Origin: an uncultured delta proteobacterium
GTDB taxonomy: Bacteria > Desulfobacterota > Binatia > UBA9968
Assembly: GCA_963804165.1 (NCBI GenBank)
Contig: CAWDPO010000023.1
Coordinates: 160,001-224,000, forward strand
Direction of reading: 5' to 3'
DNA: 64,000 nt
The position numbers and the translations under genes are program-made. The notes under the pieces are model-generated. The model saw only the letters and a program-made list of their open reading frames with translations, searched no databases and had not been told where the DNA came from. Below, piece after piece: positions 50,212 to 61,137 of this stretch. Each line of letters opens with the position of its first letter. Within the stretch, counting starts at the first letter, position 1.

Positions 50212-51753
50212 TTAGTTCTTTGTCTCGGTCTCAATGCGGGGAAAGAGAACTTTTGGCCCGTTGACCTTATGTCCGGATTGAAAGCCCTGTCCCCACCGCG
50301 CGGGCGACGCTGCTCCATGATCAACAAGCCCGAGCAAAGCGCGCAACTCTATCGCGGTGTCCGGCATAAACGGAGCGAGAAGACGGGAAAGAGTTCTCAC
50401 GACCTCAAGCAAGTGATGCAGCACTTCGCCGACGCGGCCCTGTTTTGCCGGATCTTTGATCATCGTGAACGGCGCAGTTTGGACGATGTAGCGATTCGCA
50501 TGATCGAGCGCCGACCAGAGGGACTCTAAGGCGCGATGGAATTGTAGCTCCGCGATGTAGCTATTCAGCTCGTTTTCAGCCTGAATAAACTTGTCCCGCA
50601 ACTCGAAATCTTCGGTGGTCCAATCGGAACTTAACGGCTGAACCGCACCGGCGAAATACTTTTGCTGCATTGCCAATACGCGGCTCACCAGGTTGCCCAA
50701 ATTGTTCGCCAGATCGGCGTTGATCCGGGTTACCAACGCCTCCTCGGAGAACTTTGCGTCCTGACCAAAAGCCATTTCACGCAGCAGAAAATAGCGAAAC
50801 GCGTCCATGCCGAAGCGCGCTTTCATCTCCAACGGGCGAATGACGTTGCCCAAGCTTTTCGACATCTTGCCGGAGTCCATCACCCAATAGCCGTGAACGT
50901 TCAGATGATCATAGAGCGGCAGGCCTGCAGCCATCAGCATCGTCGGCCAATAAATCGCGTGAGGTTTTAAAATATCTTTGGCGATAAGATGTTGAGCCTT
51001 GGGCCAAAACGATTGCAGCGAATCCCCGCCCCTGTGTTCCAAAGCACTCACGTAATTGAGCAGCGCATCGAACCAAACATAGGTGACGTAATTTGCGTCG
51101 AAGGGCATGGGTATGCCCCATTGCAAACGACTGGTCGGACGCGAAATACAAAGGTCTTCCAGCGGCTCGCGCAGAAAGGCCAAGACTTCGGTGCGATAAC
51201 GTTCGGGCCGAATGAGATTGGGTTTGCTTTGAATCGTGTCTATGAGTTGCTGCTGATACTTACTCATGCGAAAAAAATAGTTCTTCTCGCTAATGTAATC
51301 CGGCACCGTCTGATGGTCCGGACACTTGCCGTCGACCAGCTCCTTCTCCGTGTAAAAGCGCTCGCAACCGTAACAGTAAAAGCCGCCGTATTCGCCGAAA
51401 TAAATGTCTCCGCCGTCATAGATCTTTTGCAGCACGCTCTGAACAAATTCTTTGTGGTATGAGTCGGTCGTGCGAATGAAGTGGTCGTAGGCAATGCCGC
51501 AAGTATCCCATGTCGAGCGAAACAGATTACTGATCCTGTCCGCGTACTCCTTTGGGTTCGTCCCATCGGCGGCAGCCGCTTGCGCGATCTTATCGCCGTG
51601 CTCGTCGGTACCAGTGAGCAAAAATGTTTCGTACCCAATCGATTGGTAATAACGTTTCAGGGTATCGGCTACGACGGTCGTGTACGTATGGCCCAGATGA
51701 GGCTCAGCGTTGACGTAGTACAGCGGCGTGGTGATGTAGATCCTTTCCATCAC
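50212..51753 (-). CDS. metG: Methionine--tRNA ligase (short form, no C-terminal dimerisation domain)
   Basis: YITTPLYYVN, HLGH, GTDEHG and KMSKS. Confidence 0.97.
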   Translation of the reverse strand: MMERIYITTPLYYVNAEPHLGHTYTTVVADTLKRYYQSIGYETFLLTGTDEHGDKIAQAAAADGTNPKEYADRISNLFRSTWDTCGIAYDHFIRTTDSYHKEFVQSVLQKIYDGGDIYFGEYGGFYCYGCERFYTEKELVDGKCPDHQTVPDYISEKNYFFRMSKYQQQLIDTIQSKPNLIRPERYRTEVLAFLREPLEDLCISRPTSRLQWGIPMPFDANYVTYVWFDALLNYVSALEHRGGDSLQSFWPKAQHLIAKDILKPHAIYWPTMLMAAGLPLYDHLNVHGYWVMDSGKMSKSLGNVIRPLEMKARFGMDAFRYFLLREMAFGQDAKFSEEALVTRINADLANNLGNLVSRVLAMQQKYFAGAVQPLSSDWTTEDFELRDKFIQAENELNSYIAELQFHRALESLWSALDHANRYIVQTAPFTMIKDPAKQGRVGEVLHHLLEVVRTLSRLLAPFMPDTAIELRALLGLVDHGAASPARWGQGFQSGHKVNGPKVLFPRIETETKN

Positions 51754-52736
51754 TGTTCCCCCGCTACGCCGAACAAGAGTTTTTCCAAGACCATGCGGCG
51801 GTTAAAATTGCGCTGGATCGCCGCGGCAGCGCTGACGGTTTTACCGATCAATACAGGGAGTTGTTCAACGACGATTTTAGCCGCCTGCTGTTCGATTTGC
51901 GGTAGCATGTCCAAATTTACCAATTCGTCCGATTGGTTCGTGACCCTATAAACTAACAGATCCCGATACCAGCTCTCCGCCCACTGCAGAAATTTAAGCG
52001 CCTCATCGCGATCTTCGGCGAGCGCGTCTGCGGCCGCCATCGCCGAATGATAATCTCCAACCTTAAGCGAACTCAACATGCCCATCCAGACTTGTCTTTT
52101 TTCAACGAGGTCATCCTTATCCAATTTGACCGCGACGCCGATGCTGCCCATGCTCATCGCCGCAACCAGCTCGGCATCATCCGCAGCTTGCCCACGCTTC
52201 GAACTTAGGTAATCCGCAACCTCCTGCCGCGCCAAAGGCGCGAAGCTCAACCGCAGACAGCGCGATCGCAACGTCGCCAATAGCGCGCCTGCGCTTGGAG
52301 CAATCAAAATGATTATCGAGTTTTGCGGCGGCTCTTCGAGTGTTTTCAGCAAGGCGTTTTGTGCGGCGGAGTTCAGCAGCGTCGCCGGATCGATAATCAT
52401 GATTTTTCGCTTGCCGGTAAACGACCGATAGTTCAGCTCGCGTTCGAGTTCGCGGATTTGTTGAATGCTGATTTCTTTCTTGTCTGGGAGAGGCTCAATC
52501 ACGCGCACATCGGGATGGTTGCCGTTGGCGATACGAGCGCAGTTGGCGCATTGGCCGCAAAAATCATTGTTGACCGCTTGGCAGTGAATCGCTTTAGCGT
52601 AAGCCACCGCGACCATGCGCTTGCCCACGCCCTCAGGTCCCACGAACAGGTAAGCGTGGTGCAGGCGATCGCCCGCCAATGCCGAGCGTAGGATCGCGAG
52701 TTGTCTTTGATGACCGACAAGCTCTGTGAAGCTCAT
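51750..52736 (-). CDS. holB: DNA polymerase III delta' subunit
   Basis: HAYLFVGPEGVGK, Cys cluster, HPD, NALLKTLEEP and TLRSRC. Confidence 0.95.
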   Translation of the reverse strand: MSFTELVGHQRQLAILRSALAGDRLHHAYLFVGPEGVGKRMVAVAYAKAIHCQAVNNDFCGQCANCARIANGNHPDVRVIEPLPDKKEISIQQIRELERELNYRSFTGKRKIMIIDPATLLNSAAQNALLKTLEEPPQNSIIILIAPSAGALLATLRSRCLRLSFAPLARQEVADYLSSKRGQAADDAELVAAMSMGSIGVAVKLDKDDLVEKRQVWMGMLSSLKVGDYHSAMAAADALAEDRDEALKFLQWAESWYRDLLVYRVTNQSDELVNLDMLPQIEQQAAKIVVEQLPVLIGKTVSAAAAIQRNFNRRMVLEKLLFGVAGEQ

Positions 52737-53380
52737 GTAACCAATTCCTGATCGATAATGCCACGAATCTCCGCAGAAATTACTTCCACGGGCTTGGCGG
52801 CATTGATGACGCGAAAGCGCGAAGGTTCGTTCTGTGCCAAGTCGAGAAACCCCGCGCGAACTTTTTCGTGAAACTCGATCTTCTCGCGCTCGAAACGATC
52901 TTCCTGCACTCTGCCGGTCACCCGCTCGGCTTGCCTGCGAACCGTTCGCGCCAAACCGATGTCGACGGGGCAATCCAGCAAGAATGTTAGATCTGGGCGC
53001 ACGGCGCCACTCGCCGCATCGTTAAGCTGGCGCAGCCAATTGAGATCAATGTCGCGGCCGTAGCCCTGATAAGCGAGAGTGGAATCCGTGAAACGATCGC
53101 ACAGCACGATCTTGCCCGCATCGATAGCCGGCAGGATGACTTCGTGTACATGCTGGGACCGATCCGCCAGATACAAGAACATTTCGGTTGATGAGGCGAT
53201 TTCGTGATCGCCGACCTCCAGCAATACTTTTCGGATCAGCTTCCCAAGCGCCGTGCCTCCCGGCTCCCTCGTCACTAGGCACGGTCGTCTTTGTTGTCGG
53301 AGGTAATTCTCTAGCGCGCGGACCTGTGTGGTCTTGCCGGTGCCGTCTCCTCCTTCGAACGTGATCAGGCGGATCATCAC
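52733..53380 (-). CDS. tmk: Thymidylate kinase
   Basis: FEGGDGTGKTT, TREPGG and DRFTDSTLAYQG. Confidence 0.96.
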   Translation of the reverse strand: MMIRLITFEGGDGTGKTTQVRALENYLRQQRRPCLVTREPGGTALGKLIRKVLLEVGDHEIASSTEMFLYLADRSQHVHEVILPAIDAGKIVLCDRFTDSTLAYQGYGRDIDLNWLRQLNDAASGAVRPDLTFLLDCPVDIGLARTVRRQAERVTGRVQEDRFEREKIEFHEKVRAGFLDLAQNEPSRFRVINAAKPVEVISAEIRGIIDQELVT

Positions 53381-53419
53381 TTAGAAGAATGTAGAAAACG
53401 CGGGAAAGATGCAAACAGC

Positions 53420-53447
53420 TGTATCGAGTCTGTGTCGACTCGATACA
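53420..53447. terminator. Stem-loop downstream of the response regulator, possible terminator
   Basis: TGTATCGAGTC-TGTGTC-GACTCGATACA, 11 bp perfect stem with a weak U-tract. Confidence 0.5.
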
Positions 53448-53477
53448 AAATTGGCGAGCGGATTGAGTTAGGCGGGC

Positions 53478-53888
53478 TTAGGCTTTGCCTTCGCCCAAGA
53501 GCAAATTGATACCGTTGACTAACTGGGTGCTCGTGAACGGCTTCGTGATATAATAGTCAGCTCCTAGTTTGTAGCCGCCCAGAACATCTTCGTATTGCAC
53601 TTTCGCCGTTAGCAAGATTACCGGGATGGTAGCGGTTTCGCTTTTACCCTTTAACCGCGTCAGCACTTCCAAACCATCCATCTCCGGCATCATGATATCC
53701 AATATGATCAAGTCGGGCTTTTGGTTCGGCAGCATGTTTAGTAATTCAGGGCCACTGGACGCACTGAAGACAGTATAACCGCGCCCTTCCAGAATGGTTT
53801 TGACGATCGTAATGATATCGGGGTTATCGTCAACCACCATTATGGTCTTCTTTGTTTCCATGCTCGCTCCCTCTTGCGCCTCTCCCAT
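53478..53888 (-). CDS. Single-domain response regulator
   Basis: VVDD, DLIILDIMMP, LTA and KPF. Confidence 0.93.
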   Translation of the reverse strand: MGEAQEGASMETKKTIMVVDDNPDIITIVKTILEGRGYTVFSASSGPELLNMLPNQKPDLIILDIMMPEMDGLEVLTRLKGKSETATIPVILLTAKVQYEDVLGGYKLGADYYITKPFTSTQLVNGINLLLGEGKA

Positions 53889-54060
53889 GATTGCTCTTCA
53901 CCCACCAGTCTCATGCCGCTATAAGAAGCATTCGAACCTGTAGCTGTGTTGTACCTTTAAAAACCCGTCACAAAGGCCTTATAGGCTTGCCAAACCGTTG
54001 CAGATTAATAATTTACCATCTTGCAGGATCATTGTAAATTTAAAAGTCGTGGCCATCAAA

Positions 54061-55245
54061 TTAGGGGCTGGAAGTGCGCCAGTAGTCTTGCGAAACGAAG
54101 GAAGGCAATGCAACGTAAGCATTGCTGAGCGTCGTACTAGGAATCAGCTGTGCGGCCCGCCGCAATGCTCCGCGGCTAAAAAGTAGACGTAAATTCCCCT
54201 GAATATCGAGAATTGCGGTGCTGCTTCCGGGGCTGCCGGTTTCGTTAATCACCACCGCGCCAAAAATTTCTTTGCTTGTCAACGTCGAAACTTTGAGGCC
54301 CAGTTCTTGACCAGAAACGATCACCAACCCCTCCCAGCGAAACGAGCCGCTCAGGATCAAATCCGCGTTTTTGACCACCAGAATTCCTACGCCACTCATA
54401 TTCCCCGTGAAGCTCACTGCGTCACCCGGCGCTGACAGGCCCTCGATACAATGGAGCTGTGGCGAAAGTTGGGAACCCCAAAGCTGATTTTCAAAACTCA
54501 GGTTTCCGTCACTAGGAATCGAATGCAGCGAAACACCGGGAGCAACGCATAAGTCGTTGGCCAATTGCGTAATGAGGTTCGCTGGGACATGACTGCTCAG
54601 CGCGAGCGCCGGCACGTCGATCGCGCTCTCCAGTATACCTAGCGGCGGAGAACTTCCCAACGCTTGCATGAACAGATCGCGCGACGCATCGTCGGCAACG
54701 GTGACTGCGCTTCGTGACTTCGCCTCGGGCAGAGGATTCCCGATTGCCGGATCATGGTCAAGGCCTGAAATAAATGTTGCGCCACCACTGAGATTGACGC
54801 GCGCGACGCTACCCCGCAGCCCGAGTGCGCCGTCAGCGAGGTCATAGGCCTTGGTAAGTTGAGCTTGGAGAACTTGGGAAGACGTGCCGATTGTTCCGAT
54901 GGAGCGGACCACGACCCTCGCCGTCAACGGATCCGTCACGGCAGGGGACAGGGAGGAAACGGCGAAACTGCCAGTAGCGAAAGACTTCGACTGGTTTGGC
55001 GGAGCAGGCGGAAAAGCGATATCGCCAGCAATTTCATTCTTGCTCCATTCAAGGCCGGCTGTTGAATAGTAAAAGGCCTCTGTACCGCCACGTAAATTGC
55101 TCAACACGCGATAGTCATTTTGCATCATTACGCGGATACCGATGCCGACGGCCAGCAAGATGGAGAGGATCGCGAGCGAGCTCATGAGCACCATTCCCCG
55201 TGAGTCCCGCAGTCGCTTCCCACTGATATTGATACGATTGAACAT
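54061..55245 (-). CDS. PilX-like minor pilin (set 2)
   Basis: RG-MVLMSSLAIL prepilin without Glu5; AFYYSTAGLE; C-terminal GVGILVV. Confidence 0.75.
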   Translation of the reverse strand: MFNRINISGKRLRDSRGMVLMSSLAILSILLAVGIGIRVMMQNDYRVLSNLRGGTEAFYYSTAGLEWSKNEIAGDIAFPPAPPNQSKSFATGSFAVSSLSPAVTDPLTARVVVRSIGTIGTSSQVLQAQLTKAYDLADGALGLRGSVARVNLSGGATFISGLDHDPAIGNPLPEAKSRSAVTVADDASRDLFMQALGSSPPLGILESAIDVPALALSSHVPANLITQLANDLCVAPGVSLHSIPSDGNLSFENQLWGSQLSPQLHCIEGLSAPGDAVSFTGNMSGVGILVVKNADLILSGSFRWEGLVIVSGQELGLKVSTLTSKEIFGAVVINETGSPGSSTAILDIQGNLRLLFSRGALRRAAQLIPSTTLSNAYVALPSFVSQDYWRTSSP

Positions 55246-55902
55246 CAGTTACGAAATTCAACGCTCGTCGAAAGCGCCGAAGTCACGCTGCCGGCGATTT
55301 TCGGATCGGGATTCTTCACTTGAACACTAAAAGCAACCTTAACTCGCTTGATGGCGTTCAACGACGGGGTGTTGCCGAGATCGGCGCCGCTCGAATCGTA
55401 AAATGTGAAGATTTTTCCCGAACGCCATAGGCACGACGTTGGCCACCAAGCAGTCACCGTTGCGTCGAATGATATGGGTGCCGGCGCAAGTGGCAGTCGG
55501 CCCTGTCAACTCATAGCGAATATTTTCTCGCGGATCGACATCGCCGCAATTACCGTTACCGTTCAGATCCATTTGAACATGAATCATGCTTGTGCTCGCA
55601 GCATAGACGCGATTACAGACCGTATCGGCATCATCGTTGGGATCGTCGGTGCCACCGAACTCTGACGGCACACTGCCACTTCCCCACGAGCCCGCCTCTC
55701 GCAGATCGCGAATCATGATATCAAAAGAGCCGCGGGCGTCTTCGAGCGTGGCGGTTTTCAACTCGAGCCTGAGCACGTGGTACAACTCGCTGCGAAAATA
55801 GCCGTACAGCGAGGTAATCAGGACCGATCCGATCAACAACGACGCCAGTTGTTCGATCAATGTTGCGCCGCGACTGTCGAGATGCATCCGAGCCATGTTC
55901 AA
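55245..55902 (-). CDS. PilW-like minor pilin (set 2); frameshift near 55420
   Basis: RG-ATLIEQL and MIRDLREAG. C-terminus FTFYDSSG...IKRVKV...VEFRN lies in the second frame. Confidence 0.75.
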
Positions 55903-56303
55903 TCACCTACAAATAAAAGCGTCGTAAGCGTGATCTCACGAGCCTCATAATCCCGCCATGAGACGATGACATCAATTTGTTTGAGGTTCGTTCCGAGGGG
56001 TGACAGAGCAACTCTCCAGCATCGATCGAAAATTCCCGCGACGCCGGTTTTTGCAGAGATGCCCCGATCGCCCCCGCTTGGGCATAAATCGATGTCGGCA
56101 AGCGAACGTAGCACTTGTAATTCTTCGATCTTGTCCTGTGCCAAGTGAATCGCGACGGTTGAGTGGTCACTCACAGTCTGCCGCTGAATGACAGTGACAC
56201 TACTCAACGAGTAACCCATCACACCCAGGACCACGATACTCATCGCGGCGAGGATCTCATTGAATGTGAAGCCCGCTTCACGTCGAGATTGGATTGGGCT
56301 CAT
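55899..56303 (-). CDS. PilV-like minor pilin (set 2)
   Basis: AG-FTFNEIL, AIHLAQDKIEEL and LKQIDVIVSW. Confidence 0.8.
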   Translation of the reverse strand: MSPIQSRREAGFTFNEILAAMSIVVLGVMGYSLSSVTVIQRQTVSDHSTVAIHLAQDKIEELQVLRSLADIDLCPSGGDRGISAKTGVAGIFDRCWRVALSPLGTNLKQIDVIVSWRDYEAREITLTTLLFVGD

Positions 56304-56313
56304 CGTCGCTAAC

Positions 56314-56763
56314 TCAGCAGTCCTCGATGCAGCTGTTCGGCGAGCAAATTCTAACTCTGCCCGTCGCGCTGACAATAACCTGTTTGCACACGCCGTCGCT
56401 GTTGCGCAATCGTACCCGATTTGCTCCTGCTGTGCCGCGCGGCGAAAACGAAATTATGCCGTCTTTAGTAATATTCGTTCCTTCCGCGATTGGCTTGGTC
56501 GCCAGCGCCTTGGAATCACGCTGAATCGTGTAAGCTTTCGCGCCCTCAAGATACGCTAACTGGAATCCGACGTTTTCCGCCGCAGCGCGCATCTTGAGAC
56601 TGTGGAGCTCCGATTGAAGCTGCCGAACAGAATTATTCAGCGCGTAGGTCGGCAACAACCTGTTCCAGTTGGGTAAGGCAATCGCGGTGAGAATTCCCAT
56701 GACTGCCAGAACGAAGACCACTTCGATGATTGAGAAGCCGTTGCCTCTAAGCGCGAATCTCAT
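56314..56763 (-). CDS. FimT/FimU/GspH-like minor pilin (set 2)
   Basis: NG-FSIIEV, IALP, FSPRG and VSATGRVR. Confidence 0.82.
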   Translation of the reverse strand: MRFALRGNGFSIIEVVFVLAVMGILTAIALPNWNRLLPTYALNNSVRQLQSELHSLKMRAAAENVGFQLAYLEGAKAYTIQRDSKALATKPIAEGTNITKDGIISFSPRGTAGANRVRLRNSDGVCKQVIVSATGRVRICSPNSCIEDC

Positions 56764-56911
56764 AGTTTCCTCCAAGACGCGGACAATACTGCCGCAGACT
56801 TGGAAGTGTCAAGAGGCGACAAACCGACCCATGGGATGCAAAATTAGACTTTTGCGATAACCCAATAGGATGTTAAAATGGGGTAAATTTGGTTGGGAGG
56901 TTTGAGGTTTA

Positions 56912-57477
56912 ATGAGTAAACGGTTCGCCTGCTGGTCGGTTCTGGCCGTGTGCAGCGGGGTGTTGGCGTCGCTGACGCGGCCTACGTGATCAAACTGAAG
57001 AACGGCAACGAGTACGTCACCACCCGATATTGGCATGAAGGCGGGCAGGTGCTCTTCGATACCTACGGGGGAATATTCGGGATTGAAAAGCGTTTTGTGG
57101 TCAAGATCGAGAAGACCGAACAAGTTGTAAAATTGGTTACCGTGTCGGATCGAGACCCATCGGAAAGAACTCAGACGGATTCTAAAAAGGAGTCCGATGA
57201 GCAGGGTAAGGTAAAAACCAAGGAGGACGCACCGCCTAAGAAGGACAAAGCGCCTGACGACCCGATCGTCGGTGAGTTTAATCGTCTGAAAGAACTGTCT
57301 CAGCAAGTCGATGGAATGTTAACGAGTGAGATCCGCGAACTGCTAAATCGAATTACCGAGTTTAAGAGTAAACTATCAAGGGATAGTAAACTGTTTGTCG
57401 AATACGGTCGTGAATTCAACGATGCGCATGAAATCGGTGCTGTCGTCGAGACCGCTCTGGGCACGAGAACTCAATAG
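56912..57477 (+). CDS. Hypothetical exported protein; frameshift near 56960
   Basis: MSKRFACWSVLAV signal-like start, then YVIKLKNG...YWHEGGQVLFDTYGG. Confidence 0.6.
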
Positions 57478-58610
57478 CTTTGCTTCCAATTGACAACTTT
57501 CAAAGGCTGACTGGATAGCGATTTTTTGACCTCGCAGCTGTTGTAACCAATAGTGACGCTTCCGCTTACTGCCGTATCGCCAAGCGAATAAGCGCCCGAA
57601 TAAACCTGACCCTGGATATTCTTGGTATTGCTACCACCTCCACTGGCCGTCACGACTCCGGTGGCAATGATGATTCCATGCCAATTGATATTGCCCGCAA
57701 GCTGCAAATTACCCTTCACTACGAGAATTCCGTAACCCGTAACATTGTTCAATCGCAGCTCTCCATCAGCTTGCTGCGTAGCATCGGCGTAGACCGTTAC
57801 GTAGTCCGTAGCACTTCCATAGCTCGTTGTACCATTCCCTGAGGCAGACACATCCGCCGTCAGAGTCACGGAGGCTCCTCCTTTTAAGGCGTCGACGTAG
57901 GATTGAAGGTCCAGGTTGGTGGTTCCGACGGCCGTCGCCGGATTGCCAGCGACTGATGGACTGCCATTCGCGGTGTAAGTATGCGTATTGCTCGGCGGCT
58001 CGCTGTAGACGTATACCCCTCCGATATTCGAGCCACCGCAACTTCCCGCATCATTGCCACTAATATTGATCGAAGATCCGTTTAGGGTCGTGTTATCCTG
58101 GGAGTAAAGGACCGCCGGACTGTTGTTGGAAAGTGAATACAGTTGAACTGTAGTAATCACGATCGCTTTGGTGTTATTCGGCCCAGTCGCGACGGACGTG
58201 ATCACAGCTTTCCCGTTATTATCTGTCGTAGTCGTTTCGCCCACGGCCGAATCGTTCGTCAGGGACGCGTTGTATGCATAACCGCTGACCAAAGTGCTTG
58301 ACGACGCCAACGGTGTGCTCGCATAGGCGACCAGCTCTTCGCTGAAGTTGGTTGTGTTGGAGCTCGAGGCATTTGCTGCCCGAAGAGTCTGGCGTGCTTG
58401 CTCCGTGCCGGCCATCGCCAACTGCAGCGCGGTTTGATTGGTTCTGAAATTTCCGCCAATCTTAACGTCGGTGGAAGACACGATGTAAGCAGTGGTTCCG
58501 ACCAAGACAAGAGCCGCAATCAAACAAAGAACAGCGATCAGAACGATACCCCTCTCGTTCTCTAATAAGCGCATCCCCGCAGGACGACGGGTTTGTTCAT
58601 TGAACTTCAT
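57471..58610 (-). CDS. PilX-like minor pilin (set 1)
   Basis: ERG-IVLIAVL, ALQLAMAG and GYGILVVKGNL. Confidence 0.8.
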   Translation of the reverse strand: MKFNEQTRRPAGMRLLENERGIVLIAVLCLIAALVLVGTTAYIVSSTDVKIGGNFRTNQTALQLAMAGTEQARQTLRAANASSSNTTNFSEELVAYASTPLASSSTLVSGYAYNASLTNDSAVGETTTTDNNGKAVITSVATGPNNTKAIVITTVQLYSLSNNSPAVLYSQDNTTLNGSSINISGNDAGSCGGSNIGGVYVYSEPPSNTHTYTANGSPSVAGNPATAVGTTNLDLQSYVDALKGGASVTLTADVSASGNGTTSYGSATDYVTVYADATQQADGELRLNNVTGYGILVVKGNLQLAGNINWHGIIIATGVVTASGGGSNTKNIQGQVYSGAYSLGDTAVSGSVTIGYNSCEVKKSLSSQPLKVVNWKQSY

Positions 58611-58622
58611 AAATATTCCTCG

Positions 58623-59228
58623 TTACAGCGCTAGATTCGGCGGAGTCACATCGGCGCTTATCTGATAGGTTCTATAGCCACCATTACTCGTATAACTGGG
58701 GTCTGGTTTAGCAGTCCGGGCAGTGATGTCGATGGTAACCCTTCTGACGGACGTATTCGTGGTGGTTGACGCGCCAGTGGCATCCAAATATGTAAACGTG
58801 AACGCCGTGATATTGTCGGCAACCGTGGCACTTGCTCCGCTATTATTGAGAGTTCTCGTGATGAGACCGGTAGAACTATCAAAGGCATAGGAAATGTCGT
58901 CAGTCGACCCGTCCGTTTCAACGCCGCTGGAATCCAAATCAAGCTTTATACGCAGCGTTGTTGATGTCGAAGTTTGAATTCCATTGAATGTTCCACCTGC
59001 CGGTTTGTACCCTGCCATTTGGATCTCGCGCAACATCAAGTCCAGGGCTCCACGCACGTTTTGCTGCATCTGCCCAATCTGTTCCTCGGCACTGTTTTGT
59101 CGGCTCTGGGCGGTAAACGTCTTGGCGATCCCGCCCAGGACAACAAGCCCAATAGTCATGGCGACCAGCAGTTCCATGAGCGTAAAGCCCGAGGTGACCT
59201 TAAATTTTTGATTCGATAATTGGATCAT
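58623..59228 (-). CDS. PilW-like minor pilin (set 1)
   Basis: SG-FTLMELLVAM and QQNVRGALDLMLREIQMAGY. Confidence 0.85.
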   Translation of the reverse strand: MIQLSNQKFKVTSGFTLMELLVAMTIGLVVLGGIAKTFTAQSRQNSAEEQIGQMQQNVRGALDLMLREIQMAGYKPAGGTFNGIQTSTSTTLRIKLDLDSSGVETDGSTDDISYAFDSSTGLITRTLNNSGASATVADNITAFTFTYLDATGASTTTNTSVRRVTIDITARTAKPDPSYTSNGGYRTYQISADVTPPNLAL

Positions 59229-59656
59229 GATGCCGCCAAGATAGTCTTTAGCGTAACTGACTTAGAGCCCACGGCACCTTCGGACCATGTCACCGTAACT
59301 GTAAGCGTCTTTATCGTAGGCGAGATGGAGGGTGTTGGTGTTACCGTAAGCGCCCGTGTGAACGTGACTGGGCCTTGGGTCACATTGACGCTGCCCGATA
59401 GGCAAGTACTAGAACCGGCGCCGGCATTGGTAAAGCCCACACGTCGATTTTCTTCTAAACAAGACTGCGCAATCGCAGTGGCGGTCGTCATGTTTCGGCT
59501 CCCCACGTTGCCGCGGACGACGCCGGTGGTAAGAGCGGCTGTCCCAAGCAATCCGACCGTAAGCAACACGATCGCGATAAAAACCTCGATCAGAGTGAAA
59601 CCATCCTGGTTACTGGCAATTGTCGACACCGATGAATTGAATCGCAGGTTCGCCAT
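59225..59656 (-). CDS. PilV-like minor pilin (set 1)
   Basis: DG-FTLIEV, ATAIAQ and KTLTVTVTW. Confidence 0.85.
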   Translation of the reverse strand: MANLRFNSSVSTIASNQDGFTLIEVFIAIVLLTVGLLGTAALTTGVVRGNVGSRNMTTATAIAQSCLEENRRVGFTNAGAGSSTCLSGSVNVTQGPVTFTRALTVTPTPSISPTIKTLTVTVTWSEGAVGSKSVTLKTILAAS

Positions 59657-60099
59657 CAGCTGATACTCGCCGTTCCGGTAATTCTAATTGTGACCGTTTT
59701 AGTTCCACCGGAGTTCGTTAACGTGATCGTCGGCGCGACATCCGTCGTACCCCGTGAGGAAAATGTAATCGTCGACGCAGTGGAGGTTAACGTTACATCC
59801 GAGTATTCCGTTTGAATGTTAACTGTTTTCGTTGTGGAGCCAGCAATTTGCATCGTCTGATTGGTCGGGAAGGTCACGGTGTACGCAGTATTGTCGTTGA
59901 CCGCTTTTGACCGCGCCCACATAAGCTCGGCATAGACTTGACGCGCGGCGCCGTTGAGCCGATTCATTGGGCGAAACGCTAGGAATTGAGGTGCCGCAGT
60001 TGCAGCGAGGATACCGAAAACCCCGATCGCCACCAATATTTCACCGAGGCTGAATCCCCGACGATCTGTCAGTATATATTTACAACGATGGATAACCAT
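59656..60099 (-). CDS. FimT/FimU/GspH-like minor pilin (set 1)
   Basis: RG-FSLGEIL, AARQVYAELMWARSKAV and FSSRG. Confidence 0.85.
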   Translation of the reverse strand: MVIHRCKYILTDRRGFSLGEILVAIGVFGILAATAAPQFLAFRPMNRLNGAARQVYAELMWARSKAVNDNTAYTVTFPTNQTMQIAGSTTKTVNIQTEYSDVTLTSTASTITFSSRGTTDVAPTITLTNSGGTKTVTIRITGTASIS

Positions 60100-60351
60100 G
60101 ACCTCTTTCAAATGAGCAATTCTGCAAAACTCCAAAAAGGCCTGCATTTGCCAGGATACAGCGATCCACAGCGCAAGATGATGCGCTGCAATACACGCAC
60201 CAGGCAAATTGGCACTTCAGTTCGACTTAAAAGTCCGCAGTTGGCGCGAAATGAGGACGGAAGTTTCCGAAAATGCCCAGGATCAAAATGGTTAGAATGT
60301 CAAAGCGTGTAACGCTGGCAAAATTTTGTAAGGAAGGCCGGCCCTCCCTAT

Positions 60352-61137
60352 TTAACTGGGATAGAGATAAAGCTGGATGAGATCGTCACCGAAGAAGATG
60401 AATAAGACCGCGCCGGAGCACAGAAAGGGCGCGAACGGTAATGCCAGCCTGCGTCCCGCGCCCGTCGCCACCATGCAGGCAATTCCGACGACCGAACCGA
60501 CCAGGGAGGCGAAGAAAAGCGTTACCGGAATTGAGGGCCAACCGAGAAACGCACCGATCATCGCGAGCAATTTGATGTCGCCGCCGCCCATTCCTTCGAC
60601 GCCTGTGATTTTTTCGTAGATCCACGCCGTCGCCAGCAGAAACCCGCCGCCGGCGAGTATGCCGATCACAGAACTTAGCGGTGAGGGAACGATGCTGGAC
60701 TGATTGCCAATCGCGAAATACCCAACAATCGATAAGACCAAACCTAATACAATCCCTGGCAAACTAATCACATCAGGCACAATACGGACGTCCAAATCGA
60801 TGAATGAAATCACAATTAGCGCCGCAACAAAAATAAACCCGACAATAAATTCAAACCCGAACCCGAAACGGTAATATAGGGCGACTGCCACTAGGCCCAT
60901 TAATAACTCGACCAAAAAATAACGAGACGAAATCCGTTCCGAGCAGGAACGACAACGCGCTCTCAACAGAACATAACTGACGAGCGGAACATTGTCGTAG
61001 AACGCGATCGGTGTCCGGCAATTCGGGCAACGCGACGGCGGTGTCACAACGGATTCTTCATTTGGAATCCGTCCGATACAGACATTAAGAAAACTGCCGA
61101 CCACCGCACCAAAAAGAAATTCGATTAAGTAAGCCAT
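60352..61137 (-). CDS. pilD: Prepilin peptidase/N-methyltransferase
   Basis: GSFLNV, two CxxC pairs, IDL, GMGGGDIKL and PFAPFL. Confidence 0.96.
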   Translation of the reverse strand: MAYLIEFLFGAVVGSFLNVCIGRIPNEESVVTPPSRCPNCRTPIAFYDNVPLVSYVLLRARCRSCSERISSRYFLVELLMGLVAVALYYRFGFGFEFIVGFIFVAALIVISFIDLDVRIVPDVISLPGIVLGLVLSIVGYFAIGNQSSIVPSPLSSVIGILAGGGFLLATAWIYEKITGVEGMGGGDIKLLAMIGAFLGWPSIPVTLFFASLVGSVVGIACMVATGAGRRLALPFAPFLCSGAVLFIFFGDDLIQLYLYPS

